From a virus, in IMG/VR virus record IMGVR_UViG_3300005471_000012, positions 27,149-91,148 of that record: 64,000 nt of DNA, one strand, 5' to 3'. The translations under genes and the position numbers were made by a program. Shown here one piece after another: positions 26,001 to 34,678 of the stretch. Numbering within the stretch: position 1 is the first letter of the stretch; each line of letters opens with the position of its first letter. The notes below the pieces were generated by a model that ran no database searches, had not been told where the DNA came from, and was given only the letters and a program-made list of their open reading frames with translations.

Positions 26001-26239
26001 TGCTGGTTACCCAGACCGAGACGACATGGGCGGTCAGCGAAGCGATGGTCACCGCCTACCTTGACGCCGGGATCACGGAAGCGCGGTGGCAGACAGCCGA
26101 CGACGACGTCACCTGCCTCAGGTGCCTGGCCAACGAAGCGCAGGGCGCTCTGCCCGTCGGCGATCAGTACGCCAGCGGCGACACCAGCCCGCCGGCGCAC
26201 CCGAGGTGCAGGTGCGGACTACTGCCCGCTGGCAACTGA
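23069..26239 (+). CDS. portal protein fused to a ParB/Srx-like domain and a MuF-type head morphogenesis domain
   Basis: Portal motifs YGMAPIE, FFQEGSIP, CMAFGVMP.ELG, SIDEARQELGLDP; PPVVLV..YEIADGWHRTLA; RWQT..D..TC..C...PPAHPRCRC. Confidence 0.85.
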   Translation: MPAAEMTARTREIMRALKSTAQPGSQSGGFGAVTGPSISPGPSPLVMSYGEWTSGRASGTRYSLPRDPETFLSGMFGPLAPIQTIPIDVPREGEERPEPRRWQYPVGWNMPMGMPGTEGIGKLADFQTLRTIADLYSVARACIELRKAELRGVGWDIVLTKQAAKALRGDHKGMADFAKRRAEAVRWWRRPDHDYADFSTWFDALLEEVFVTDALALYAQPSLGTRKGLLGSSLAALDLIDGTLIKPLVDIRGSRPQPPNPSYQQFSYGVPRVDLMTLLTHHETPDERELVAEYRGDQLFYLPYSQRTWTPYGMAPIERAIIPIMAGLNKQAYQLNFFQEGSIPGLFVSPGDMNMTPSQIRELQDALNALAGDQSWKHKIIVLPGGSKVDPQKPAALADQFDDVIMAQTCMAFGVMPMELGISPQVSSSQSSAAANQMAKASQDIQERKSTVPLLLWLKTAIFDRILQGVCGQADMEWQFEGLEEDEDAETVTSLLVQQVGTGMRSIDEARQELGLDPWNLPVTSDPGWSTERTGFVSFTATGAFPTAGGASQGDTQTDSQSGSVALPAADPRQAITAPKPPDDGKPSTPAHSAAHATPDATRSKPASGNGRAGKAASLGQWRARDIPAHVMAIMAEDLGKGLTADEVCASVRPLLAGSKPALRELGLIRSWLRKSHTNVTTRHGHGDQTHEVYAYLGRHYPASVLEWVKEARWDEPRKVALSKIDMARRPGGARDEQKVALIAAAIRAGVHLPPVVLVNVPGKNLYEIADGWHRTLAIKHAGGKTALAWVGKAGAKTGPWDGEMNRAKLNKAAGGGAGPKAGNPAWDHDQVLAAEFARQLARGLQASVHAGPFAHAWLQARRQGASAPQASPAVRAAVRHALASVLYALWARAWGLGWRAALTLLAAQLRRLLTGDPGVSARGLRQLLLQAEQRIGAMTQTRIGRLERLLGETPENISAAELASLIDAELGSFDAALLVTQTETTWAVSEAMVTAYLDAGITEARWQTADDDVTCLRCLANEAQGALPVGDQYASGDTSPPAHPRCRCGLLPAGN

Positions 26240-26263
26240 CACGTCATACGCCGTAATACAGCA

Positions 26264-26458
26264 ATGGGGGTCCGGGTGGACGCATCACAGGAATACGGCC
26301 TGGTTAACACGGCGTGCATAGCGCAGCACGAATGGTACGCGGCGCTCCGCTCAGCCGGGTTCACCCGCTCGGAAGGCCTGTACATCATCACCCGGCCGTC
26401 CGTGGAGTCGTCGCGGCTGGAATGGCTGGCCATGCACCCTGACAGCCAGGCCACATGA
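26264..26458 (+). CDS. small hypothetical protein
   Basis: HE.Y.AL..AGF...E motif; ATGA coupling. Confidence 0.5.
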   Translation: MGVRVDASQEYGLVNTACIAQHEWYAALRSAGFTRSEGLYIITRPSVESSRLEWLAMHPDSQAT

Positions 26459-26712
26459 AACGGGTCGTCGGCTTCGCGTACTGGCTGACCCGTGACAGCC
26501 GCAAAGTGTCCCCGCTGGACGAATACCTGTGGATGTTCCTGATCTGGTGGCTGGCCACCGCGCATTACGGCTTCGTGGTCAAGATTCAGGTAGCCGTGCT
26601 GGGTTCCGTGGCCGCCGTATTCGGCTCAGAGTTCGCCGCCAGTTTCGTCGCCGAGGCCAGGAAGGACCTGGCTGGCCGGGACCGGAACGGTCGCGGCGTT
26701 GAGGACCTGTGA
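26455..26712 (+). CDS. small membrane protein
   Basis: Two hydrophobic segments. Confidence 0.5.
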   Translation: MKRVVGFAYWLTRDSRKVSPLDEYLWMFLIWWLATAHYGFVVKIQVAVLGSVAAVFGSEFAASFVAEARKDLAGRDRNGRGVEDL

Positions 26713-26718
26713 CGACCT

Positions 26719-27504
26719 GTGTGCCTGAACTGCGGCTGCCTCATGCCCAATGCGGACCACGGTCATCCCGGCAATTTCCTGCTGGCCGAACTGGAGAAGG
26801 CCGCCGCGGCAGGCGGCACCAGCGCCGCTGAGGCAGCCTGGAACATTCCCCGCACCCTCACGGTGGCCACGTCGCCCGCGTGGCCACCTGAGCCGTATCA
26901 CGCGGCCTCGCGGCCCACCCTGGCATGGGACGTGGACGGCATCCTCGCGTTCACCGCCGAAGCGATCGTCGCCGCGCTGAACGCCCGGTTCGACACCGGC
27001 TACGACGCCATGTCGCAAGGATTCTTCCCCGGCACGTTCGTCTCCTCGGCGCTCCCGGCCGAGGAGGCCGCCTGGCTCGGCCAGCAACTCAGCTCAGGCG
27101 AGTTCGGCATCTACGGGGCGTGCGCACCAGACTGGCACGCGATCGACACGATGCTTGACGCGTCTGCGGCGGGCTACCCGACGGTGATCATCACAGAACG
27201 GCCCGCCGTGGTGGCCGACCAGACACGTTCGTGGCTGCGGTCGTGGACCGGGCAGCAACCGCCGCAAGTCGTAGCCGTCGGCCGCGGCAACAAGCCCGCC
27301 TACATGGGAGCCCGGTTCGGGCCCGGCAACCCCGCCATCCTGGTCGACGACAACCCGGCCGTCAGGATGACCATCGCCCGTGAGGGCATCGAGGTGTGGA
27401 CCCCGCAGCGGCCGTACACGCCGGCGCCCGGCCGGCCGCATGCGCGGACATTCGGCAACTGGCCGGCAGCACGGTACTGGCTCGGGATCAGCCCCGCCAG
27501 CTAA
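26719..27504 (+). CDS. HAD-superfamily phosphatase/nucleotidase-like protein with an N-terminal CxxCxC domain
   Basis: LAWDVDGILA (DxD motif I); IITER; K; ILVDDNP. Confidence 0.65.
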   Translation: MCLNCGCLMPNADHGHPGNFLLAELEKAAAAGGTSAAEAAWNIPRTLTVATSPAWPPEPYHAASRPTLAWDVDGILAFTAEAIVAALNARFDTGYDAMSQGFFPGTFVSSALPAEEAAWLGQQLSSGEFGIYGACAPDWHAIDTMLDASAAGYPTVIITERPAVVADQTRSWLRSWTGQQPPQVVAVGRGNKPAYMGARFGPGNPAILVDDNPAVRMTIAREGIEVWTPQRPYTPAPGRPHARTFGNWPAARYWLGISPAS

Positions 27505-27827
27505 CGCGTCCGGTTCCGCCTGTTTCTCGCCGTGGCGGCTACCGTTTCCGCCCAGACCGGCCGGTTCGGAGAGATCACCATGACGCCCCGCCGGCGGTCT
27601 ACCGGCCGGCCGCCGCACCTGGGACACGGCCTGGTGGCCCACGGGATGAACGGGTGCCTTACTTCGCCGGAACCATGACACCGGCGGCAGCCGGGAGAGT
27701 GCGGGTGCGTCCGCAGTGACAGCAGGTAGACCACCAGGGCGGCGAGCGCCAAGACGACCGTGGCGCCGGCCAGCCCGACCTGGCCGCCCAGCCAGCCATA
27801 TCCGAGCAAGACCAGCAGCCACCGCAT
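27501..27827 (-). CDS. membrane-anchored CxxCxGxG Zn-finger protein
   Basis: N-terminal hydrophobic segment; CRRCHGSG, CPRCGG. Confidence 0.55.
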   Translation of the reverse strand: MRWLLVLLGYGWLGGQVGLAGATVVLALAALVVYLLSLRTHPHSPGCRRCHGSGEVRHPFIPWATRPCPRCGGRPVDRRRGVMVISPNRPVWAETVAATARNRRNRTR

Positions 27828-27921
27828 GCCACCGATGATGACATTTCGTGGCCGTCGCGGCTAGTCCCGCAGGAAAAGGTTCCTGACCACCGCTTTACCC
27901 CCAACCGCCTACTGGAGGCAT

Positions 27922-30900
27922 GTGGCGACAGCCATTGATGAGCTGACCTACGTCAGTTTCCCCATCGTCAAGTTCGAGAAGACGGACGACGGCGACCTGA
28001 TCGTGGTCGGCAAGGCCACCGATGGCTCCGTCGACTCAGATGAGCAGATCGTAGACCCGACCTGGTCGGCGAAAGCGCTGGGCGACTGGCTGGACACGGG
28101 CGGCAACGTCCGGGTGCAGCACCAGGCGATGCGCGACCCGGCCGGCAAGGGCCTCCAGGTCGAGATCGACAAGGACGGCGACGGGGGGCACTGGGTCCGT
28201 TCGCTCGTCGTCGAGCCCGTCGCCAAGCGGCTCGTGGAAAAGGGCGTCCTCACCGCCTACAGCGTGGGGATCGCACGGCCCGTGATCACCCGTGACCCGA
28301 CCGGGAAGGCACGCGGCGGGATCGTCACCGGCGGCCACCTGGCGGAACTCTCCCTCGTCGACCGGCCGGCGAACAAGAACTGCGGCCTGATGATCGCCAA
28401 GGCCGAGAACGGCGCGAAGGGCGGCATGGAACTGGTGGGCGAAGTGTTCGGCGACCCCGAGTTCCTGGCCAAGGCCGCCGAGGATGACCTGCTGGCCAAG
28501 GCCGACAGCAACGACGACACCGTGTCCGGCAACGACGGTGACGCAGACGATGTCCCGGAAAGCGAGGAGCAGGCTGGCGGCGACGACGTCAACCCGACCG
28601 GCACCGACGAGAAGGCGGAGAAGGCCAGCGAGACGATCGCCCAGTCGGTGGACGCCGAAACCGCGGCACTGTACAAGTCGCAGCGCGCCATGTGGCTGGC
28701 CGCAGAGCCGTCGGTGAAGGGCATCGCCGGAGGCACTGAGTACCTGGCCAGGCGCGCCGACTGGATGCGGTGGCATTCCGAGGGCGAAGCCGCGGGCCTC
28801 GACGGTACCAAGGACGGCGCCGAGCGGTGGCTGGCCAAGCGTGACTTCAGCGCCTCCGAGCGCCGGTCTGCGGCCAGCAGCGGCGCGGCTATGTCCGACG
28901 GGTCTTTCCCGATCAAGAACGGATCGGACCTGGCCAACGCGATCCACCTGGCGGGCCACGCCAAGGACCCGGCGAAGGCACGCGCGCACATCAAGCGCCG
29001 CGCCGCCGCGCTCGGCCTGTCCGACAAGATTCCCGACAGCTGGAAGGCGGTCAGTACCGAAGAACTGGCCAAGATGATCGCTGACGGCGTGATGGCGGTC
29101 CAGGCCGCACAGGCCATGCTCGGCCCGGCCTGGCCTGGCCTGGACCTGGCCAAGGCCGGCTCCGACGGCGACGGCGGTAAGGACTGCCCGACGTGCAAGG
29201 GCACCGGGAAGATCAAGGGCGGCAACGTTAAGTGCCCGGCGTGCGGCGGCAGCGGCAAAATGTCGTCCAAGGCCGATAGCGACGGGGACGGCGACAGCGC
29301 GGCGGTGGAAGACGCCGACGTTGAGAAGACGGCTGCCCGGACCTGCGGCGGCTGCGGCAAGGGCTTCGGCGAGGAGTCGCTGGCCAAGTTCTGCGACGGC
29401 TGCGGAACCAAACTGGCCTCGGCGGACGATACGGCAAGGAAAGCCGCCGCCGAGGCCGTGGCCCTGCTCGCCGAGACGGTCAGCAAGTCCGTCGGCGCCG
29501 GCCTGATCTCCCAGGAGGCAGCCGACGCGATCATCGCGCGGGCCGCGCTCGCTGCGGCCAAGGCCAACGACCCGCCGCCCCCGGACACTAAGCCAGTTGG
29601 CGCGCACCGGGAACCAGACGGCAGCTTCGTTGAGGCATTCGAGCAGGACGCCGGGCTGCCCTCCGACGGTGACGGGACCTCGGACAAGATCCCCGAATCC
29701 ACGGTGGTCAGCGACATGGGCGGCAAGACGGGCAAGCCGGGCAAGACGGGCAAGCCGACGCCGTACGCGGTCGGCCGGCTGCACGACGTCACTTGCGCCG
29801 CATACGACCCCGCCGCCGCCCTGGCCCTGTACCCGACGCTGAAGTCGGCGGCCGACGCCGTGGACGAGGACTGGTTCGCTGCCCGCGCCGCCAAGGCGGT
29901 CGCCGCCGGGAAAACCAAGAAGGCCGCCAGGCTGACCAGGCTGGTCGAAGCCGCGCAGGCGGTCAAGGCAGCCGACCCGGCCGCCGTCGCCGACGGCCAG
30001 GCGCAACTGCGCAAGGCCTTCACCGACCTGTACCCCAACTTGCGCATCTCCCCGTCGGACCCGCCGAAGCCAGGCAGCTACCAGCGGCCGTACCTGACCG
30101 CCGGCCACGCCGCCGAGAACGCCTCAGTGAACGGCGGATCCAACATCCCGCGGTCCAGCCACACCCCAGACGCGGAAGATTTCCGCCGGCCGCTGATCAC
30201 CGCCGGGCACCAGTCCGACTCCCCGGCCAACAAGAACGACATCCGCGGCGGCGCGCCAACCGCAACCGGCGCGGCCCGCACCTACTACAGCAACGCGCAG
30301 CGTGAAGCGGCCAGGGTCGCGCTCGCCTCAATGCACGACCACATCGCGGCCGTCTACCCGCACCTGTGCCCGATGGCCGCCTCGAAGTCAGTGCTGCCAC
30401 CCGACATGGGCACCACGAATGTCCCTGCCGCCGTGCGGCCAGCGGACACCGGCGGCGTCCCCGGCGTTGGCAAGACCACCGTGGCCCCCGCGGTCACCGG
30501 CGGCCAGGACCTGCAGGCCCTCATCGCCGGCGCGGTGGAGCGGTACACCGCCCGCAGCGCCCCGCAGATGACCGCCGAGCAGCTGCAGAAGGCCGCCGCA
30601 GGGCTCGGACTGGCGGTCACGCCGGCGCCCGTCCCGCAGCCAGCCCAGATCGGGCTGTCCCCGGCCGAGATGAAGGCCCTGCTCGCCGAGCAGATCACCC
30701 CGCTCGCAGAGCGGTACGAAACCCAGTTCACAGACCTGCGTAAGCAGATTGACGACATCGGCTCACAGCCCGACCCTGCGATGGCCCCCGTCCGGGGCGC
30801 GCTGGCCCGGGCACCGCTGACAGACACCGTTCCCGTGGAACGCCGGTCACTGGTCGATGAGGCAGCTGAGAACGCACGCAAGATGGCCGCAGACGACGAC

Positions 30901-31011
30901 ACCCGCTACCGCGAGTACGTCCAGCTGCTGGCCAAGTCCCCGGACCCAGGCGTACGCGAGTCCGCCATGGCCGTCCTCGACAAGATGGCCGCGCCCGCGG
31001 CCGCCAGCTGA
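27922..31011 (+). CDS. prohead protease fused to accessory domains and a scaffolding region
   Basis: GKATD..VDSDEQIVD, VRVQH, AYSVG, ELSLVDRPAN protease motifs; SDGSFPIKN..DL.NAI..AG.AK domain; two Zn fingers; coiled-coil C-terminus. Confidence 0.8.
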   Translation: MATAIDELTYVSFPIVKFEKTDDGDLIVVGKATDGSVDSDEQIVDPTWSAKALGDWLDTGGNVRVQHQAMRDPAGKGLQVEIDKDGDGGHWVRSLVVEPVAKRLVEKGVLTAYSVGIARPVITRDPTGKARGGIVTGGHLAELSLVDRPANKNCGLMIAKAENGAKGGMELVGEVFGDPEFLAKAAEDDLLAKADSNDDTVSGNDGDADDVPESEEQAGGDDVNPTGTDEKAEKASETIAQSVDAETAALYKSQRAMWLAAEPSVKGIAGGTEYLARRADWMRWHSEGEAAGLDGTKDGAERWLAKRDFSASERRSAASSGAAMSDGSFPIKNGSDLANAIHLAGHAKDPAKARAHIKRRAAALGLSDKIPDSWKAVSTEELAKMIADGVMAVQAAQAMLGPAWPGLDLAKAGSDGDGGKDCPTCKGTGKIKGGNVKCPACGGSGKMSSKADSDGDGDSAAVEDADVEKTAARTCGGCGKGFGEESLAKFCDGCGTKLASADDTARKAAAEAVALLAETVSKSVGAGLISQEAADAIIARAALAAAKANDPPPPDTKPVGAHREPDGSFVEAFEQDAGLPSDGDGTSDKIPESTVVSDMGGKTGKPGKTGKPTPYAVGRLHDVTCAAYDPAAALALYPTLKSAADAVDEDWFAARAAKAVAAGKTKKAARLTRLVEAAQAVKAADPAAVADGQAQLRKAFTDLYPNLRISPSDPPKPGSYQRPYLTAGHAAENASVNGGSNIPRSSHTPDAEDFRRPLITAGHQSDSPANKNDIRGGAPTATGAARTYYSNAQREAARVALASMHDHIAAVYPHLCPMAASKSVLPPDMGTTNVPAAVRPADTGGVPGVGKTTVAPAVTGGQDLQALIAGAVERYTARSAPQMTAEQLQKAAAGLGLAVTPAPVPQPAQIGLSPAEMKALLAEQITPLAERYETQFTDLRKQIDDIGSQPDPAMAPVRGALARAPLTDTVPVERRSLVDEAAENARKMAADDDTRYREYVQLLAKSPDPGVRESAMAVLDKMAAPAAAS

Positions 31012-31051
31012 ATCCTCGAACGATTCTCCTAGCACGCAAATTTGGAGGCGT

Positions 31052-32917
31052 GTGACAGGCACTGAAGTCCTGCCTTTCGGCACTGCCGCAAGGCCAGCGC
31101 TCGAGCGCGCGGACGCGAACCCGTCGTGGTACGCCGACGCTGACGCAGGCGCATACCGGGCACCCGACGCGATGCTGTCGGACAAAATGCCCACCCTGGT
31201 CAAAGGCGCCGGCTACTGCCGGCCGGGAGGCAACCGCCCCCTGGACGACGACGACCAGGTTTTCCGCCGCTCGATGAAAGCCGAAGTGGCTTTCCGGTCG
31301 GCGATCAAGCAGGGCATCGAGAACCCCGGCCAGGTCCTCAAGGGCATGTCCCCGGAGTTCGCCGGCCAGTTCGGCGCCTTCATGGCCGCCGCCCCGGCCA
31401 ACCAGGCGATGAACCAGCTGGTCACCCAGCTCAACTCGCAGCTGTCCGACCAGCTCGGCAAGTCGATCACCCTGACATCGCCGCTCTCGACGGGCTTCGT
31501 GCCTTTCGACCTCGTGGCGCCGAGTTCGCTTATCTACCCGGTCTATTCCCCGATCCGCAACAAGCTCCCTCGTAGCCCCGGTCAGGGCACCAGCCGGATC
31601 CGCAAGGTGATCACTGGCGTTTCCGGTTCGCAGACCGGCCCGTCGGGCGGCAAGTTCGTCCGGCTCGCCATCCCTGAACTGGTGCAGTCCGGCGGCGCCA
31701 TTTCCGGTGCAAGCACGGCGGTTAACTGGCCGCTGAACTTGCCAGGAACCGGCACGCAGGACGCCGTCGACCTGACCATCCCTTACCGTTTCTGGGGACT
31801 GTCCGAGAACCTGTCGTGGCTTGCCCAGTTCTCCGGGCAGGGATTCGAGGACATTTCTGCGCTCGCGAATCTCCTGCTGCTCCAGGAGTTCATGCTGAAT
31901 GAAGAGGCAGCCCATCTGGGTGCCACTTCCACGGCACTTACCGCGCCTGCCGCGCCGACGCTTACGGCGCGTGCGGCGAATAGCGGCGAGTCTCCGCTGA
32001 CCGGTATTACCACGAACGTGTTCGTAAAGGTCAGCGCGAATACGTTCTTCGGGGAAACGGCAGTCGTCGCCTCGGGCGCGTCCGTGGCCTGGTCGACCGG
32101 CCAGGTCGTCGACGTGCAGATCGCCCCGGTCGCCGGGGCCCAGTGGTACACGATCTACGCCACTACAGGGTCTTCTGCGGGTACGTATCACCTGTTCGCG
32201 GCCAATGTCGGCGGGCAGATGTACACCCTGCAGGGCGCGCTGCCGACCACGTCGGCGCAGCCGCAGGCCTCGGACAGCGGTACGTCGTCCGCCAACGACC
32301 AGGAGGGCCTGACCTCGGTCCTGTCCGGCCACTCGGCGGGCGGCATCTACCCTTCGAACTGGCAGGCCGGGTACTTCTCCCAGACAACAGGTGACACGCT
32401 TAAGACAAGCGTTCTCAACAACGCATTCCAGCAGCTCTGGGATGGCACCGGGAACGTTTACGGAGCATTCAGGGCGGACCCGGCCGAGATCATCGCCGAG
32501 GGCGGCGACGTCATGCGCCTGTCGAACGACATCGTTCAGCAGGGCGCCGCCACGAACTACCGCCTGTTCGTCGAGCAGTCGGAAGTGCCCGGCGTCCGCG
32601 TCGGCGCGGCCGTGTCCGAGTTCCAGAACCCGATCACACGGTCCGTGGTGCGCATTGTCGTGCACCCCTGGACCCCCCAGGGCTCGGCTTACCTCATGTC
32701 CTACACCATGCCATTCGCATGGTCGAACGTGAGCAACGTTGTCGAATTCGTGGCCGTGCAAGATTACCTCAGCATTAGCTGGCCGGTAATTGACGCGAGC
32801 TTCCGCTACAGCATGTTCCTGTTCGGCAGCCTAGTAGTCAATGCGCCTTTTTATTGCGGGTTGATCCAAGGTATCCAGAAGTCCGACCGCTCCGGGTCTA
32901 TCGGGACCTGGTCGTAA
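31052..32917 (+). CDS. major capsid protein with an inserted beta-sandwich domain
   Basis: Position after the protease; FDLVAPS.LIYPV.SP.RNKLPR..GQG motif; GGAGG RBS; strong hairpin downstream. Confidence 0.75.
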   Translation: MTGTEVLPFGTAARPALERADANPSWYADADAGAYRAPDAMLSDKMPTLVKGAGYCRPGGNRPLDDDDQVFRRSMKAEVAFRSAIKQGIENPGQVLKGMSPEFAGQFGAFMAAAPANQAMNQLVTQLNSQLSDQLGKSITLTSPLSTGFVPFDLVAPSSLIYPVYSPIRNKLPRSPGQGTSRIRKVITGVSGSQTGPSGGKFVRLAIPELVQSGGAISGASTAVNWPLNLPGTGTQDAVDLTIPYRFWGLSENLSWLAQFSGQGFEDISALANLLLLQEFMLNEEAAHLGATSTALTAPAAPTLTARAANSGESPLTGITTNVFVKVSANTFFGETAVVASGASVAWSTGQVVDVQIAPVAGAQWYTIYATTGSSAGTYHLFAANVGGQMYTLQGALPTTSAQPQASDSGTSSANDQEGLTSVLSGHSAGGIYPSNWQAGYFSQTTGDTLKTSVLNNAFQQLWDGTGNVYGAFRADPAEIIAEGGDVMRLSNDIVQQGAATNYRLFVEQSEVPGVRVGAAVSEFQNPITRSVVRIVVHPWTPQGSAYLMSYTMPFAWSNVSNVVEFVAVQDYLSISWPVIDASFRYSMFLFGSLVVNAPFYCGLIQGIQKSDRSGSIGTWS

Positions 32918-32918
32918 C

Positions 32919-32970
32919 ACCATTCTGCGGAATGGCCGTGCAAGTATTGGCGGCCATTCCGCAGAATGGT
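32919..32970 (+). terminator. perfect 20-bp inverted repeat after the capsid gene
   Basis: ACCATTCTGCGGAATGGCCG / CGGCCATTCCGCAGAATGGT. Confidence 0.7.
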
Positions 32971-33009
32971 TTCACCGCATTATTCCGACGCGACTTAGGA
33001 GCGTTTGTC

Positions 33010-33345
33010 ATGCCCTTGAACCCGCCTGCGGGCACCGCAATCCAGGCCGGGCCGATCATCTACACCAACCCGCCGCAGATGCCGGGCATCACGACAGCCC
33101 CGCCAACGGTGACAACGCCAGCATTCCCGAACACGACTGTCGCGGTCGCCAACACAACGGGCGTGGACGTGATGGTTTACGCCCTCGCGGGCGCGGCCGG
33201 GTTCACCGTGATCGCGGTCAACGGGGTCACGACTGGCCTGGTGACCGCTGCCACCGCGAGCGCGAGCATCTACCTGCCTGCCGGGCAGACGATCGCGTTC
33301 ACCTACGCGTCGGGCACGCCTTCCTGGGTGTGGCAGGCGGTCTGA
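33010..33345 (+). CDS. virion structural (decoration-like) protein
   Basis: AGGAG RBS; T/V/A-rich beta protein after the capsid gene. Confidence 0.6.
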   Translation: MPLNPPAGTAIQAGPIIYTNPPQMPGITTAPPTVTTPAFPNTTVAVANTTGVDVMVYALAGAAGFTVIAVNGVTTGLVTAATASASIYLPAGQTIAFTYASGTPSWVWQAV

Positions 33346-33348
33346 GCA

Positions 33349-33621
33349 GTGGCCGGCGCGCAGCAGTACACCGTTGCCACCACGCCGGTGCTGATCGCCT
33401 CGGCGCCGGCCACCGTCACCAACGGCCCGTCCGGGTGGTTTTACCTGTCGAACACCGGCGCGACCGTCTACCTCGCCGGCAGTTCCGCGAACGCCACCGC
33501 CACCACGGGGGCGGCCGTGGTCACAACTGGCACGTTCACCGGGTTCCTGTTCCCCGGCGACCAGATATGGGCGTTCTGCGCCACCAGCACCGTGGTCACA
33601 GTCCTGCAGACGGGGGCGTGA
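33349..33621 (+). CDS. virion structural protein
   Basis: L.NTG..VYL.G motif; beta-rich. Confidence 0.6.
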   Translation: MAGAQQYTVATTPVLIASAPATVTNGPSGWFYLSNTGATVYLAGSSANATATTGAAVVTTGTFTGFLFPGDQIWAFCATSTVVTVLQTGA

Positions 33622-33625
33622 GCCT

Positions 33626-33922
33626 GTGACCACGGTTCAGTTGCCAGACGGCTGCTACGGCCTCGACATGGCCAACGGCCGGCAGTACACCGCAGACAAG
33701 CCCGGCGGCAAAGTCGAAGTCTCCGGCCGGGACGCCCGGTTCATCGACACCTCGTATTACGGCCAGGGCCAGGCCGGGATCATGCGCGGCGGCCCGCAGT
33801 TCACCATCGGCACCCGCAAGGGCCGCTGGTGCGAGCCGTGCCGCCGCCTGTGGAACGCCTGGTCTCATCTCTGCCCGCGCTGCGGCGCGGCCACAACCGA
33901 GCACAACCCAGGAGGCATGTGA
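33626..33922 (+). CDS. hypothetical protein with a C-terminal Zn ribbon
   Basis: CEPC..CPRCG. Confidence 0.6.
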   Translation: MTTVQLPDGCYGLDMANGRQYTADKPGGKVEVSGRDARFIDTSYYGQGQAGIMRGGPQFTIGTRKGRWCEPCRRLWNAWSHLCPRCGAATTEHNPGGM

Positions 33923-34488
33923 CCACAGTCGCATACGCAATGACAGACCTCGGGCCGTCCAGTGACGGCCAGGTCGACGCCGGGACGGTCAGCGTCTCGG
34001 AAGCCAACGGCGGCTGCGGGAAGCAGCACAAGGCGTTCCTCAACGAGGACGGCAGGCCGTGCATCGAGTGCGCCGTGTGCGCGCCGGTCCTGATCGGCGG
34101 CCATTACGGCTGGTCGGCGACCCCTAACGGGGTGCCGCTGACTCCAGACGAGATCGCCGAGCGGGAGCTCGCCGAGCGGGACGGCATCGCCATGCAGCGC
34201 GTGATGATGAAGTCTGTCACCGACCATTTCATCGAGTCGATGGCCGCGAAGGGTGCCGCCGGGCCGGCGCTGAGCGCGTCGACGCTGGCCGCGCAACTGG
34301 CCGCGCTGCCAGCCGCCGAGCGGGCCGAGATCGCCAAACTGCTCGCGCCAGGCGGCGTGCCGCCAGCGTCGCACCCGGCCACCTTGGCTGAGGGCAAGCC
34401 GGCCGAGCAGCCCGCGAAGGATCCATCAGTTCCGGCGGGGGCCGCGATGAAACGGCCGCCGGGCCGGCCCCGCAAGACGGCTAACTGA
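33919..34488 (+). CDS. hypothetical protein
   Basis: AGGAGG RBS; C-terminal PGRPRK (AT-hook-like). Confidence 0.6.
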   Translation: MTTVAYAMTDLGPSSDGQVDAGTVSVSEANGGCGKQHKAFLNEDGRPCIECAVCAPVLIGGHYGWSATPNGVPLTPDEIAERELAERDGIAMQRVMMKSVTDHFIESMAAKGAAGPALSASTLAAQLAALPAAERAEIAKLLAPGGVPPASHPATLAEGKPAEQPAKDPSVPAGAAMKRPPGRPRKTAN

Positions 34489-34492
34489 CCCG

Positions 34493-34675
34493 GTGCGGGC
34501 CCGCCGGCGGTCCCGGCCGCACTGCTCCAGGTGCGGCGGCCCGAAACGCCGTCCCTCGGACGCGTCGATCACCTGCCGGGCCTGCGGCGACCTGATCTGC
34601 CTCAAGCATGCCGTGGAGAACCCCGACTACGGCGGGTGGATCTGCACTCGCTGCGCGCGGTCAGCCGGGGGGTGA
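34493..34675 (+). CDS. small Zn-finger protein
   Basis: CxxC, CxxC, CxxH, CxxC. Confidence 0.45.
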   Translation: MRARRRSRPHCSRCGGPKRRPSDASITCRACGDLICLKHAVENPDYGGWICTRCARSAGG

Positions 34676-34678
34676 CGT

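Noticed and set aside
29722-29757. 18-bp tandem repeat encoding GKTGKP twice
   Set aside because: Simple in-frame slippage in a disordered linker
30857-31051. ORF-track start of the capsid gene at 30857
   Set aside because: It overlaps the protease gene; GTG at 31052 has a GGAGG RBS
28036-32761. Long antisense ORFs (690, 596, 677 aa) and many similar ones elsewhere
   Set aside because: Expected shadows of GC3-biased genes in high-GC DNA; no motifs or RBS
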